A stretch of 64,000 nucleotides of DNA from the IMG/VR virus record IMGVR_UViG_3300009127_000250, positions 1-64,000 of that record; one strand, 5' to 3'. This document shows, piece after piece, positions 11,205 to 20,152 of this stretch. Each line of letters starts with the position of its first letter. Position 1 is the first letter of the stretch. This DNA comes from a virus. The position numbers and the translations under genes were made by a program. The notes beneath the pieces are model-generated. The model saw only the letters and a list, made by a program, of their open reading frames with translations, was not told the origin of the DNA and did no database searches.

Positions 11205-11978
11205 ATGCAAAAGGAAAAAATAAACCCAAACGGTGATGTCTGTATTTTTGATAAAGACAAGTATAAATACATTATCGAATCCACAGGGCAAGTTCTGGCA
11301 GGCGTTGGCAAGTTCGTTAACAGCTTCTTTCCGAAGTTCGATACCGAAGCCGTTTCCCAAAATTGTGTCGGCAAGCCGAAATACAAAGACATGACCGCAG
11401 AGCAAATCCGGCAACAATGGAAAGCCAAGGCCAATTGGAGCCGAAATGAAGGAACCAACGTCCACGAATACGCTCGCTACAAGTTCTCCGAAGAATTTCC
11501 CGAAGAACAAATAGTCGAACCATCACCGATTTCCGACCGGTGTGAACGGCTCTTTAAATGTACGGACAATTCTATTACTCACCTTAAGATGCACTATGAG
11601 ATTCTCGGTGTTGAAATGTTCGTATTCTCCGCCACGCTCGGCCTGTGCGGATTCATAGATCTTGTTTTACGAGATAAGGCCGAACCTAAACGGATCATTG
11701 TACTGGACTGGAAGCAAAATCAAAACCTTACCATGGAAAATCCGTGGGAACGCGGCCTTGAACCGATCACCCACCTTCAAAGCTCAGACTACAATAAATA
11801 TAGTCTTACATTGTCCGTTTATAAAAGTATTCTTCAAGTTGAAAAATATTTCCCACCCGATACCAAATACCGATCCGGTATTGTTCATCTTCAAGAATTT
11901 GCCGATGCCATCAATATTCGCGGCAAGGTAATGGACGAAGAATTAGAAAGGATGTTGAAGCAATGGCAGAAAAACTAA
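11205..11978 (+). CDS. PD-(D/E)XK exonuclease
   Basis: GT.VH, E..GFIDL..VLDWK, Y..Y motifs. Confidence 0.8.
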   Translation: MQKEKINPNGDVCIFDKDKYKYIIESTGQVLAGVGKFVNSFFPKFDTEAVSQNCVGKPKYKDMTAEQIRQQWKAKANWSRNEGTNVHEYARYKFSEEFPEEQIVEPSPISDRCERLFKCTDNSITHLKMHYEILGVEMFVFSATLGLCGFIDLVLRDKAEPKRIIVLDWKQNQNLTMENPWERGLEPITHLQSSDYNKYSLTLSVYKSILQVEKYFPPDTKYRSGIVHLQEFADAINIRGKVMDEELERMLKQWQKN

Positions 11979-12313
11979 CCGATCAGGAACGTATCAAAGC
12001 CCACCGCCAATTGTGGAACTGGCTTGCTGATAATCCCTGGAAAGAAAAAGAAGACTGGCCTGGCTGGAAACTCAATGGCGGAGAATATGAAGATCTCCAT
12101 CCTTATTACTGTTTTATGTGTATCCATATGGACGGCATGCCCATGTGCCATCTATGCCTTTTAGAATGGCCGGAAAATAATTATGGCACTAAGAAATGCA
12201 TTGATGGCGGTCTTTTCAGTCAATGGATCGATGCTGAAACTGACGAAACCAGGATAAACTGCGCCCGTCAAATCGCCGAATTGCCGGTAAAGGAGAATAT
12301 CAATGACAATTAA
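11963..12313 (+). CDS. Cys-rich hypothetical protein (paralog 1)
   Basis: HRQLWNWLA..CFMC..CLLEWP. Confidence 0.7.
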   Translation: MAEKLTDQERIKAHRQLWNWLADNPWKEKEDWPGWKLNGGEYEDLHPYYCFMCIHMDGMPMCHLCLLEWPENNYGTKKCIDGGLFSQWIDAETDETRINCARQIAELPVKENINDN

Positions 12314-12758
12314 ACTGTCAGACGAAGAACGTATCTCCCTGCACAGGGAGCTTTGGCTCTGGTGTTCTGAAAATCCGGACAAAGATAAAACAGACTGGCC
12401 TAAATGGAGACATAACGGCGGTAAGTACCCGATGGACGATCTTAAAACAGCCCATGCCGCATGCTTTCTGTGCGGTAAATCCTGCTGTTTGCTTGAATGG
12501 CCGGGAAATCACTGCTTTGGAATAAAAGATGAAGTCAATGGACTTTATTCGCAATGGTTCCGCCTGAATGGAAAAAAGAGCAAATTGGCCGAACGTGCTG
12601 AACTCGCCCTACAGATCGCTCAGCTTCCAGAACGAAGTCCGGATGAAGTCATCACCACAGACGGTTTTAAACTCCAACGACAACCGGACGGTTCTTACTC
12701 TGATGGCGATATATCCTTTTACGGCTATTACGATCTTGTCGAAGGCGGGCATGTATAA
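12303..12758 (+). CDS. Cys-rich hypothetical protein (paralog 2)
   Basis: HRELWLWC..CFLC..CLLEWP. Confidence 0.7.
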   Translation: MTIKLSDEERISLHRELWLWCSENPDKDKTDWPKWRHNGGKYPMDDLKTAHAACFLCGKSCCLLEWPGNHCFGIKDEVNGLYSQWFRLNGKKSKLAERAELALQIAQLPERSPDEVITTDGFKLQRQPDGSYSDGDISFYGYYDLVEGGHV

Positions 12759-12781
12759 ACTTTAAATCAAGGAGAAAATCT

Positions 12782-13909
12782 ATGGAAAATGCAGGAGTAC
12801 ATCAAGAACCTTTGTATATGAAATCGCCTAAAACCGGCAAAATCAAAGTGTATCATATTGGAGTTACGTCAGTAAACGGTCATGGGCAGATCCTTACCAA
12901 AACCGGATTGGTCGGCGGTAAGCTTAAAACGCATCCCAAAACAATCAAGGTCGGTAAGAATATCGGCAAATCCAACGCAACAACTCCCTTTGAACAGGCA
13001 TGCCTCGAAGCCAAAGCCAAGTGGACGAAAAAGAAAAAGAAAGGCTATACCGAAGACCCAAGCGGTATCAGCGACGTTCAGCTTCCCATGAAGGCCGAAG
13101 ACTACAAAGATGCCGGACATCGTATGTCCTGGCCGGCCGATGCTCAAATAAAGCTCAATGGTGTCCGGTGCGACGTACTGCGAAAAGATATAAATACCAT
13201 TTTGTATAAATCCAATGAAGGTAACTTTTTTCAAAGCGTCGGGCATCTTACGCCTCATTTTTTGGACTTTCTGCCGATCGGCGGCAAGCGTGACGGTGAG
13301 CTTTATGTCCATGGCTGGACATTGCAAAAAATAAGAAGGGCCATGAACAAACCCCGGCCTTACACCAAAGATCTTCAATTCTGGTCGTTTGATGTTTCCG
13401 ATCCGACACTTCCCAGCGAGGAACGGTTGTGGATCAATGAAAACGAAACCCAGGAAAGCTCGCACATCAAAATTGTCAAACATGAAACCGTCAAAAACCA
13501 TGATGATTTTATGGCTTTCCACGACAGATCTTTTGCAGATGGTTTTGAGGGCGCAATGGTCAGGATGAAGGGCGGCATGTATCTCTTTAATACCCGCAGC
13601 CACATGCTCCAGAAATTCAAAAAGTTCTTCGATAAAGAGGTCACAATTATCGGCTATGAAGTCGAAGTCGTTGAAAAGATGGAGGACGATGGCTCTATCA
13701 CCGAAACAGAATGCGTTATTTTCCGCGTGAAAGACGAATTCGGCAACGAGTTCACATCGGTTCCAAGAGGCGGACATGACTTACGCGCAAAGTATTTGCG
13801 TAACATGATTTCACTGTTGGGTGAAAAACTGACTATCCGGTATCAGGAACTCAGTGAAGATAAAGTGCCGATCTTTAATGTCGGCATAGCGATCAGGGAT
13901 TATGAATAA
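12782..13909 (+). CDS. ATP-dependent DNA ligase
   Basis: KLNGVR (motif I), DGELY, FDV, EGAMVR, KFK, C-terminal IRDYE. Confidence 0.9.
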   Translation: MENAGVHQEPLYMKSPKTGKIKVYHIGVTSVNGHGQILTKTGLVGGKLKTHPKTIKVGKNIGKSNATTPFEQACLEAKAKWTKKKKKGYTEDPSGISDVQLPMKAEDYKDAGHRMSWPADAQIKLNGVRCDVLRKDINTILYKSNEGNFFQSVGHLTPHFLDFLPIGGKRDGELYVHGWTLQKIRRAMNKPRPYTKDLQFWSFDVSDPTLPSEERLWINENETQESSHIKIVKHETVKNHDDFMAFHDRSFADGFEGAMVRMKGGMYLFNTRSHMLQKFKKFFDKEVTIIGYEVEVVEKMEDDGSITETECVIFRVKDEFGNEFTSVPRGGHDLRAKYLRNMISLLGEKLTIRYQELSEDKVPIFNVGIAIRDYE

Positions 13910-14790
13910 TGGATGCCATAGATTTTTTCAACCACTACAACCCTGACACTCAGGAATTTTACCTACTTCCTTATCAACGTAAAATTTTAAAAAGAATGGA
14001 AATTAATATGGATCAATCACGATGCCCTCTTAAATTCAAAGGCCATGCCTGCGGTTATACCGGCCCTGGATCTTGGTGTGACAAAACTTATATACGGTGC
14101 CGAAAATTGGGAAATCAAAAAAGCTATGTATACGGTGAGTTCAAAACCACACCAGATATATATAAAAAACGATGCCATTATTTATTTAAAGGCCACATCT
14201 GTCAATACAGCGGCGCTCAAATTCAATGCGACAAAACTTTTAGCCGCTGCAAAGAACTCGGCAACGAACACCGCTTTCCGTTGGGATGGCGTGTAGATTT
14301 ATACAATCCAAACAAAGAAGAAAGGAGTAAAGCAAAAATGAACCAAGAGCCCGTAATCGAACAACGCAAAACCTTCCAGCCTTTTATCGCTGTCGATGGC
14401 GATCTGTTCGGTGAAGAAGTTATCTGGACATGCACCTTATTTAAAAAGGTGCAAAAAAACGGACACATCATTCTTAAAACTTCCCGTGGAGTAGCTATCT
14501 GTTCGGAACTGGACGAACCCTGCGCCGATACCGGCAAACAAATAGCTGAAAGCTACGCTGTACTCGGCATGAATGGCCGTGAACCTCACCGTGACGTTAC
14601 TTGTTCCCATGCGGTTGATGTACTGCTCAATACGGACTGTCCGTTTACAAAGCATATCGAATCGAACCCCAAGCTGACATTTCAGGAACAAAAGAAATTG
14701 TTCGGTAAAAAATTCACCGGTAGCCCTGATAATTTAACGCTTAACGGCTTGTCCGAAGGATGGAATTTCACTGGCGCTAAATCAGGATAA
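13909..14790 (+). CDS. Hypothetical protein with duplicated 4-Cys motif
   Basis: Two C..FKGH.C.Y.G....CDKT..RC..LGN repeats. Confidence 0.7.
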   Translation: MDAIDFFNHYNPDTQEFYLLPYQRKILKRMEINMDQSRCPLKFKGHACGYTGPGSWCDKTYIRCRKLGNQKSYVYGEFKTTPDIYKKRCHYLFKGHICQYSGAQIQCDKTFSRCKELGNEHRFPLGWRVDLYNPNKEERSKAKMNQEPVIEQRKTFQPFIAVDGDLFGEEVIWTCTLFKKVQKNGHIILKTSRGVAICSELDEPCADTGKQIAESYAVLGMNGREPHRDVTCSHAVDVLLNTDCPFTKHIESNPKLTFQEQKKLFGKKFTGSPDNLTLNGLSEGWNFTGAKSG

Positions 14791-14797
14791 CTGCACC

Positions 14798-15091
14798 ATG
14801 CTTAGAGACGTTTGTATAATAATGGCAGCCCTATCACTGGTCTATGAGTTCGATCAGTTTGGATTTTATGTCTTTAAAGTTCCGTCCACCAGACCGGTCT
14901 TTTGGATCTGTGGATTTATTTACTGGATCTTTACCATTGCCATGCTGTTCATTCCAGGCTTTCAGGCTTACGGATTAGTCCTGATCGCCTACGTCATAAT
15001 GAGAGCATTGAAAGATACAAAAATCACGGCAATTACAGATACAGCAGCCAGTATTATAATCTTACTCATGGCTCTAAAACAGTTAATATAG
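14798..15091 (+). CDS. Small membrane protein
   Basis: Hydrophobic segments. Confidence 0.55.
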   Translation: MLRDVCIIMAALSLVYEFDQFGFYVFKVPSTRPVFWICGFIYWIFTIAMLFIPGFQAYGLVLIAYVIMRALKDTKITAITDTAASIIILLMALKQLI

Positions 15092-15094
15092 CAA

Positions 15095-15179
15095 GGGCAG
15101 GCTCGACTATGTGGTGAAGACAACGGACTGTAAATCCGCCGGGCAACCTGTGTAGGTTCAACTCCTACCCTGCCCACCA
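15095..15179 (+). tRNA. tRNA-Tyr(GTA)
   Basis: GGGCAGG/CCTGCCC stem, CTGTAAA loop, long variable arm, CCA. Confidence 0.9.
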
Positions 15180-15196
15180 AATTGTAAAGTTTAATT

Positions 15197-15427
15197 ATGT
15201 AAAAAGAATATAAATATATCTATTTTATTTGGGTCGAAGACAAACCTAAAACATCTGTTTGGCACTGTCGCAACAATAAAAGCCATGCTTTATTGGGTGT
15301 TGTTAAATAGTACGGCCCCTGGCGGCAATATTGCTTTTTCACTGAACCTAACATTGTGCTTAATACTGGCTGTCTTACAGATATTAATCATTTTATCAAG
15401 CAATTAAACAAGAAAAGGAAATCTTAA
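15197..15427 (+). pseudogene. Small phage gene with two in-frame stops
   Basis: ATG-TAA-KEYKYI...LGVVK-TAG-YGPWRQYCFF...; frame otherwise intact for 77 codons. Confidence 0.55.
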
Positions 15428-16070
15428 CTATGAAAAACGAAGTTAAAGAAGGTTTTAAAATAGGCGGACTCGGACTTGCAGGGATCATCGTGGTGTCCCC
15501 GTTTCCACTTCATAGTTAAAAAATATAATGTCGGCGGAGTATGAAAAAAGCACAACCCCTATCAGCAGTAGTTGGGGAAAACGGGCGCTGATAGCGATTC
15601 TCCGGACGTGGTGACGGGTGAGTAACCAGGGTGTGAATCCGACATTTCCATCTTTAAGGATTAAAGTATGACATATTGCTGTGATAAATTCGAAAAGCAA
15701 ACCAAAGAGGACGCTGGTGGGTTCGAATATTGCAAAGGTTGGAATATTAATGGGTGCTGCGGCGGTGGATGCTATGTGCTTACTGATATAGAATATTGCC
15801 CATTTTGTGGAACAAAACTGGAGAAATCATGACAGACAAAATCAAATGCCCGAAGTGCGGCCATGATGAAGTAAACGTGGCTATTTGGGGATCCGCCAAT
15901 ATTAAAAGCCATAGTGCTGCTTTTGAAGATGATTTTGACCAAGTTAGTATTAATGTAGACCATACAAAGATGAATATAAAGAAATCCAGACAGAATTAAT
16001 CAGAACGTTCGGCAGGAATGACTTTATTTTTAAAACCGAAGTCTGGCCGCACCAATTAAAAAACGACAAG

Positions 16071-16394
16071 GTGGATATCTATATAATGGATTTCGGCGGT
16101 GTCGGCCCGGGGTGCGAAGATAGTATCATATCGCTTTTTGGCAGCCTGATCGAGCAAATCCAGGAAAAACCAAATTGTCTGTTCGTTATTTATTCAACAT
16201 TCACTCAAAGATGGTACGAAAATGCTATCCAAAAATACGCCCCCGAACTCGAAGCACCTAACGTGGTCTATTGGTCAGCAGAAAACTGTTTTGACAGGCT
16301 CAAACAGTGGGTTGATTGTGATGAATTTAAAATCCAGGAACCCCAACCAAAAGGCAAACTCACTACACCAGCCAGAGGGCTTATAAATACATGA
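16071..16394 (+). CDS. Hypothetical protein (reading frame is open further upstream)
   Basis: ORF track. Confidence 0.55.
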   Translation: MDIYIMDFGGVGPGCEDSIISLFGSLIEQIQEKPNCLFVIYSTFTQRWYENAIQKYAPELEAPNVVYWSAENCFDRLKQWVDCDEFKIQEPQPKGKLTTPARGLINT

Positions 16395-16753
16395 TTGCAA
16401 CAGCTACCAGTAGACCAGACCCTTTTGATACTTCTTCAACAATTTCTGAAGAAATAACCATCGTCATAATCAATGGCCAATATTACGAAGTTACAGGCTG
16501 TATCAAAGTCATCGATGAAATCTATGATCTGCCACCCATCGACGAGGTGCTGTTTGAAACGCTACCCGATTTTGAATTCGAAATTGCTTTGGATATAGCC
16601 CAGGAAAAAGCACGCTCCGATTATTACAACCAGATCCAAAAATTCAAAACACCGCAAGTTGAATTTGGAATTTGGGGCCTAATTAGAACAGCAAGATTTT
16701 CCAAAAGCGGACATCTACCTAAACGTATAAATAAAATACGGAAAGGACGCTAA
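16391..16753 (+). CDS. Hypothetical protein
   Basis: Coupled ORF. Confidence 0.6.
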   Translation: MIATATSRPDPFDTSSTISEEITIVIINGQYYEVTGCIKVIDEIYDLPPIDEVLFETLPDFEFEIALDIAQEKARSDYYNQIQKFKTPQVEFGIWGLIRTARFSKSGHLPKRINKIRKGR

Positions 16754-16758
16754 TTTAA

Positions 16759-16953
16759 ATGAGTACAAAAAGACAAAAATTAATAAGCTTATTAAATGAT
16801 CAGTTGTTTCATGTCAAAGTGCTAAATGCCGGACCAGACTGGCACGCTGAACAATTTAGCAGTGAAACCAGAGTGGATATCGAATTTATAGACGGACCAC
16901 TATCAGGTAAAAGTTTTACTCTCAATGTTAATGCTTCAGATTTGGTTTTATAA
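16759..16953 (+). CDS. Hypothetical protein
   Basis: ORF with RBS. Confidence 0.55.
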   Translation: MSTKRQKLISLLNDQLFHVKVLNAGPDWHAEQFSSETRVDIEFIDGPLSGKSFTLNVNASDLVL

Positions 16954-17726
16954 TATGAGTAAATCCCGATAAAAACCGTCCAAATGAAATCTAAAGACGA
17001 TCTGTACGGCCACCGTCTTTGCCACAGAGGGAATAATAATCCAATGATACCTTTATCAGAATGTAACAATTGGCATTTGTATATAAATGGAAAATGCACC
17101 GAATGCCCCTCGAAGCCTAAATGTGATCTAAAGGTCAAGTTAATGATGGTGCAAAGAGAAATCGACAGCATCACTAAGAAAATGTGTTCAATAGCAGACA
17201 ACCTGGAGCAAGCATGATGCCGTTTAAGAAAGAGATGTTCTGGGAGTGGTTGTACGACCTGCAGAACGTTTCATGGGGCAACATAAGACCATGCCCAAAT
17301 TGTGGCTTCCGTATATGCTCTGACTGCGGATATGGGGTGAAAGATTATTGGGGCGAATTCGACTGCATGGCTCCAAATGCCGAAGATCTGGACTGCGGCG
17401 ACTGTTGGCATCTATATTGCCCGGACTGCAAACGTAAAGAAATCTTATTCCGAAATTTCAATGTTGGAATATCTTCTTAACTATAAAGGACCAGCCAAGA
17501 TCATCTCAGCCCATGAAATTATATGTAGCCCTAATGATGAATTGGCCGCAATAGCCATCATATCTTGGTGTATCTGGCTGATGTGCAAATTATGGGGCAA
17601 GGGCATAACAATCTGCTATTATCACCTAAAAAAGTTCCTAAAAAATAAAATTTTTTAATTGTATTCTTACTGATAGTGTGATAAATGTGTCAGCATTCTT
17701 TGAAAATCTTACTAAAGGAGAATCCC

Positions 17727-18119
17727 ATGTTAGACATGGAAGGATTACGGGAATTTGCTCAACTTGAAAATGAAATAGCTGACCTTGACGCCAAGGTCAA
17801 TAAGCTCAAAAAACGCAAAAACGATATCGGCCCGGCGCTGGTGGAAAATCTCGCAGACGAAAAGATCGACAAAATAACTATCCTGGGCCGAACAATCCAC
17901 CCGCATGTCCGTATCGTGTCTCAAGTTAAATCCAAAAGGGACGCCATCGAAGCACTCAAAGAGGCAGGCTTCCAAAGCTATATTGACGAAGGGTATAACA
18001 CTACTTCACTCAATGCCCTGCTTGCCGAAATGACCAGAAACGGCGAAAAGCTCCCCGAAGCATTCGAAGGCCGTATCAGTATCAACAGCGTTATTACGCT
18101 CCGGTCAAAAACATCATAA
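17727..18119 (+). CDS. Phage coiled-coil protein of replication cluster
   Basis: AAGGAG RBS; coiled-coil N-terminus. Confidence 0.7.
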   Translation: MLDMEGLREFAQLENEIADLDAKVNKLKKRKNDIGPALVENLADEKIDKITILGRTIHPHVRIVSQVKSKRDAIEALKEAGFQSYIDEGYNTTSLNALLAEMTRNGEKLPEAFEGRISINSVITLRSKTS

Positions 18120-18141
18120 ATACCTATAGAAAGGAAAACCA

Positions 18142-18483
18142 ATGGGTAAAATTATCTTTCAAGCAATTAAAGTCGGCAGGGGCCGTAATGCGCCCCAAAA
18201 AAGATTTAAAATCTGCGCCGAATGCGGACTGAAATGCACCGATCACCGGATCGATATCAGCGAACCTGATAAAGAATCGATCTGCATCGTGTGCCTCGCC
18301 CGCGCCTACTTCAACCAAAAGAAACGAAAAGCAAAGTGGTATAATAAAATTTTGTCTTCTTTGTTTTCTAACAAACCTCAAACAGATGTGATTGTCTCCA
18401 AAAGGAAAATTAAGGTAGTCCCGTCTGTAGGAGAAACCGTAACAGTGGACAAACCTGCCGACGCTCAGACCAAGGCAGCATAA
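18142..18483 (+). CDS. Zn-finger hypothetical protein
   Basis: CAEC..CIVC. Confidence 0.6.
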   Translation: MGKIIFQAIKVGRGRNAPQKRFKICAECGLKCTDHRIDISEPDKESICIVCLARAYFNQKKRKAKWYNKILSSLFSNKPQTDVIVSKRKIKVVPSVGETVTVDKPADAQTKAA

Positions 18484-18576
18484 CCACTAAACCGGAATCA
18501 AATAAGAGAGGGGGTGGAAAAACAAACTTTGAACTTTTAAACTTTAGACCACTTAAACAAGGAGTATTGAAGCTTT

Positions 18577-19368
18577 ATGAGTAAAAAAAATACAAAAGGC
18601 AAGGAAGTGGCTGTAGTCGGCATTCAAAATTATGCCATTATGCGTCAGGACATTGACATCAAAGAGGTTATCGAAAACAACCTCGGCGGAGAACAGCTTT
18701 CCGCTCTGGATCTGGAACGGGTAAAAATCCCCGGCTCCGGCGGAACCACATGGGAAGTTCCGAAATTCGGCGGCATCGATGAAATAAAAGAATTGAATGT
18801 TCTTATCATCTATAATGCCGTCAATCGTACCTATTGGGAAGTTCCCTACGGCGAAGGCGATCCAACTCCACCGGATTGTTTCTCCGAAGATGCAGTCAAC
18901 GGCATCGGCAACCCCGAATGCCCGAGCGCATCCGGTAAGTGCAAAGATTGCCCCATGGCCAAATTCGGAACCGCTAAGGGCGGCAAAGGCGATGGTCAGG
19001 CGTGCAGCAAAAAACGCACGTTCTTCTTCCTGCGGGAAGGGAACATCCTGCCCATGACCCTAAACGCTGCTCCGGCCTCATTGAAGAACGCCCTTCAATA
19101 CCTGATTGGGCTAACTTCGGCCGGTATGGAACCGCATCACGTGGTTACACGGCTGACTCTGGAAAAGGATAAATCCCGCACCGGAAGCGTGGAGTACAGC
19201 AAGGTTATCTTCACTCCGTTGAAGGATTCAATTCCGGCCGAGCAAATTCCGGCCATTAACGAGTATGTCGCAAACATCACTCCGTTCCTGAAAAAGACAG
19301 CCAAGGAAATGGCGCACACCGAGGCCGGATACGATGCTCCGGCCGCCGAACAAAAGGCAGCAGCCTAA
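18577..19368 (+). CDS. Phage ssDNA-binding/recombination-associated protein (putative)
   Basis: PDC.S.D..C..CP..FG...AC motif typical of proteins beside phage primase/helicase genes. Confidence 0.55.
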   Translation: MSKKNTKGKEVAVVGIQNYAIMRQDIDIKEVIENNLGGEQLSALDLERVKIPGSGGTTWEVPKFGGIDEIKELNVLIIYNAVNRTYWEVPYGEGDPTPPDCFSEDAVNGIGNPECPSASGKCKDCPMAKFGTAKGGKGDGQACSKKRTFFFLREGNILPMTLNAAPASLKNALQYLIGLTSAGMEPHHVVTRLTLEKDKSRTGSVEYSKVIFTPLKDSIPAEQIPAINEYVANITPFLKKTAKEMAHTEAGYDAPAAEQKAAA

Positions 19369-19657
19369 CTTGCTATAAACTTAGTGTCTGTCGGGCGCTG
19401 CAAAACTCGCTTCCTGTCCAATAAGACCGAATAAGCCCGGACGACGGCAATAATGTCTCAAGCGCAAATGTAGCCGTAAAGCATTAGCCCTGGGGAGCAA
19501 TCAGACACTCCAACTTAATCCCCCAAAAAAAATAGGGCGGCAATCAGTTGAACCATATGTAGCGATAAGCCATGTGAGTTTCAACTCAAAAAGCCGCCCT
19601 GTTTTTATGTTGGAACCATGCCAAAAAATGGGGAAAAACAGGGCAAAGGGGAACACC

Positions 19658-20146
19658 ATGAAACGGCCATGGAAATACGATCCTGGCATCATCAATGGAA
19701 CCATAGATCGGACAATTAAAAACGTCATTAACTGGCATCAAGGATCAGAATACGATGAAAAGCAAATCCGGAGTGACCTTCTTAAAGCAATTAAATTCGA
19801 AGGTGCAAGTAACGGATACAAACTTGCAAAATTTCTGGACGACAAATGCTGTTGGTATGGCATTAATACAGAACTCATAGAAATACTCGAAGAAATTTAT
19901 TACGACCACAACACTGTCTATACGGAATGGGTAATGAAATGGGTAAACTGGTGTAATATTAGGCCGGATTTTAAATTTGGAGACTATGTCGTTATTCAAC
20001 AGTTTGGAGAAGGTATTATCATTGGTATTTCCCATAAAACAGCCCGGTATAAAGTCAAAAAAGTCTTCACCGACAAATACTACTATCTGATCGATTATGA
20101 AAGAGTGCTAAGAAAAGCAATCTATACCGAACAGGAGAAATTATAG
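19658..20146 (+). CDS. Hypothetical protein
   Basis: AAAGGGG RBS and ORF. Confidence 0.6.
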   Translation: MKRPWKYDPGIINGTIDRTIKNVINWHQGSEYDEKQIRSDLLKAIKFEGASNGYKLAKFLDDKCCWYGINTELIEILEEIYYDHNTVYTEWVMKWVNWCNIRPDFKFGDYVVIQQFGEGIIIGISHKTARYKVKKVFTDKYYYLIDYERVLRKAIYTEQEKL

Positions 20147-20152
20147 TCATTT

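Noticed and set aside
15197-15427. Stop-codon recoding in the phage
   Set aside because: Both TAA and TAG interrupt one small gene, no suppressor tRNA is present and other genes are intact; simple decay is more likely
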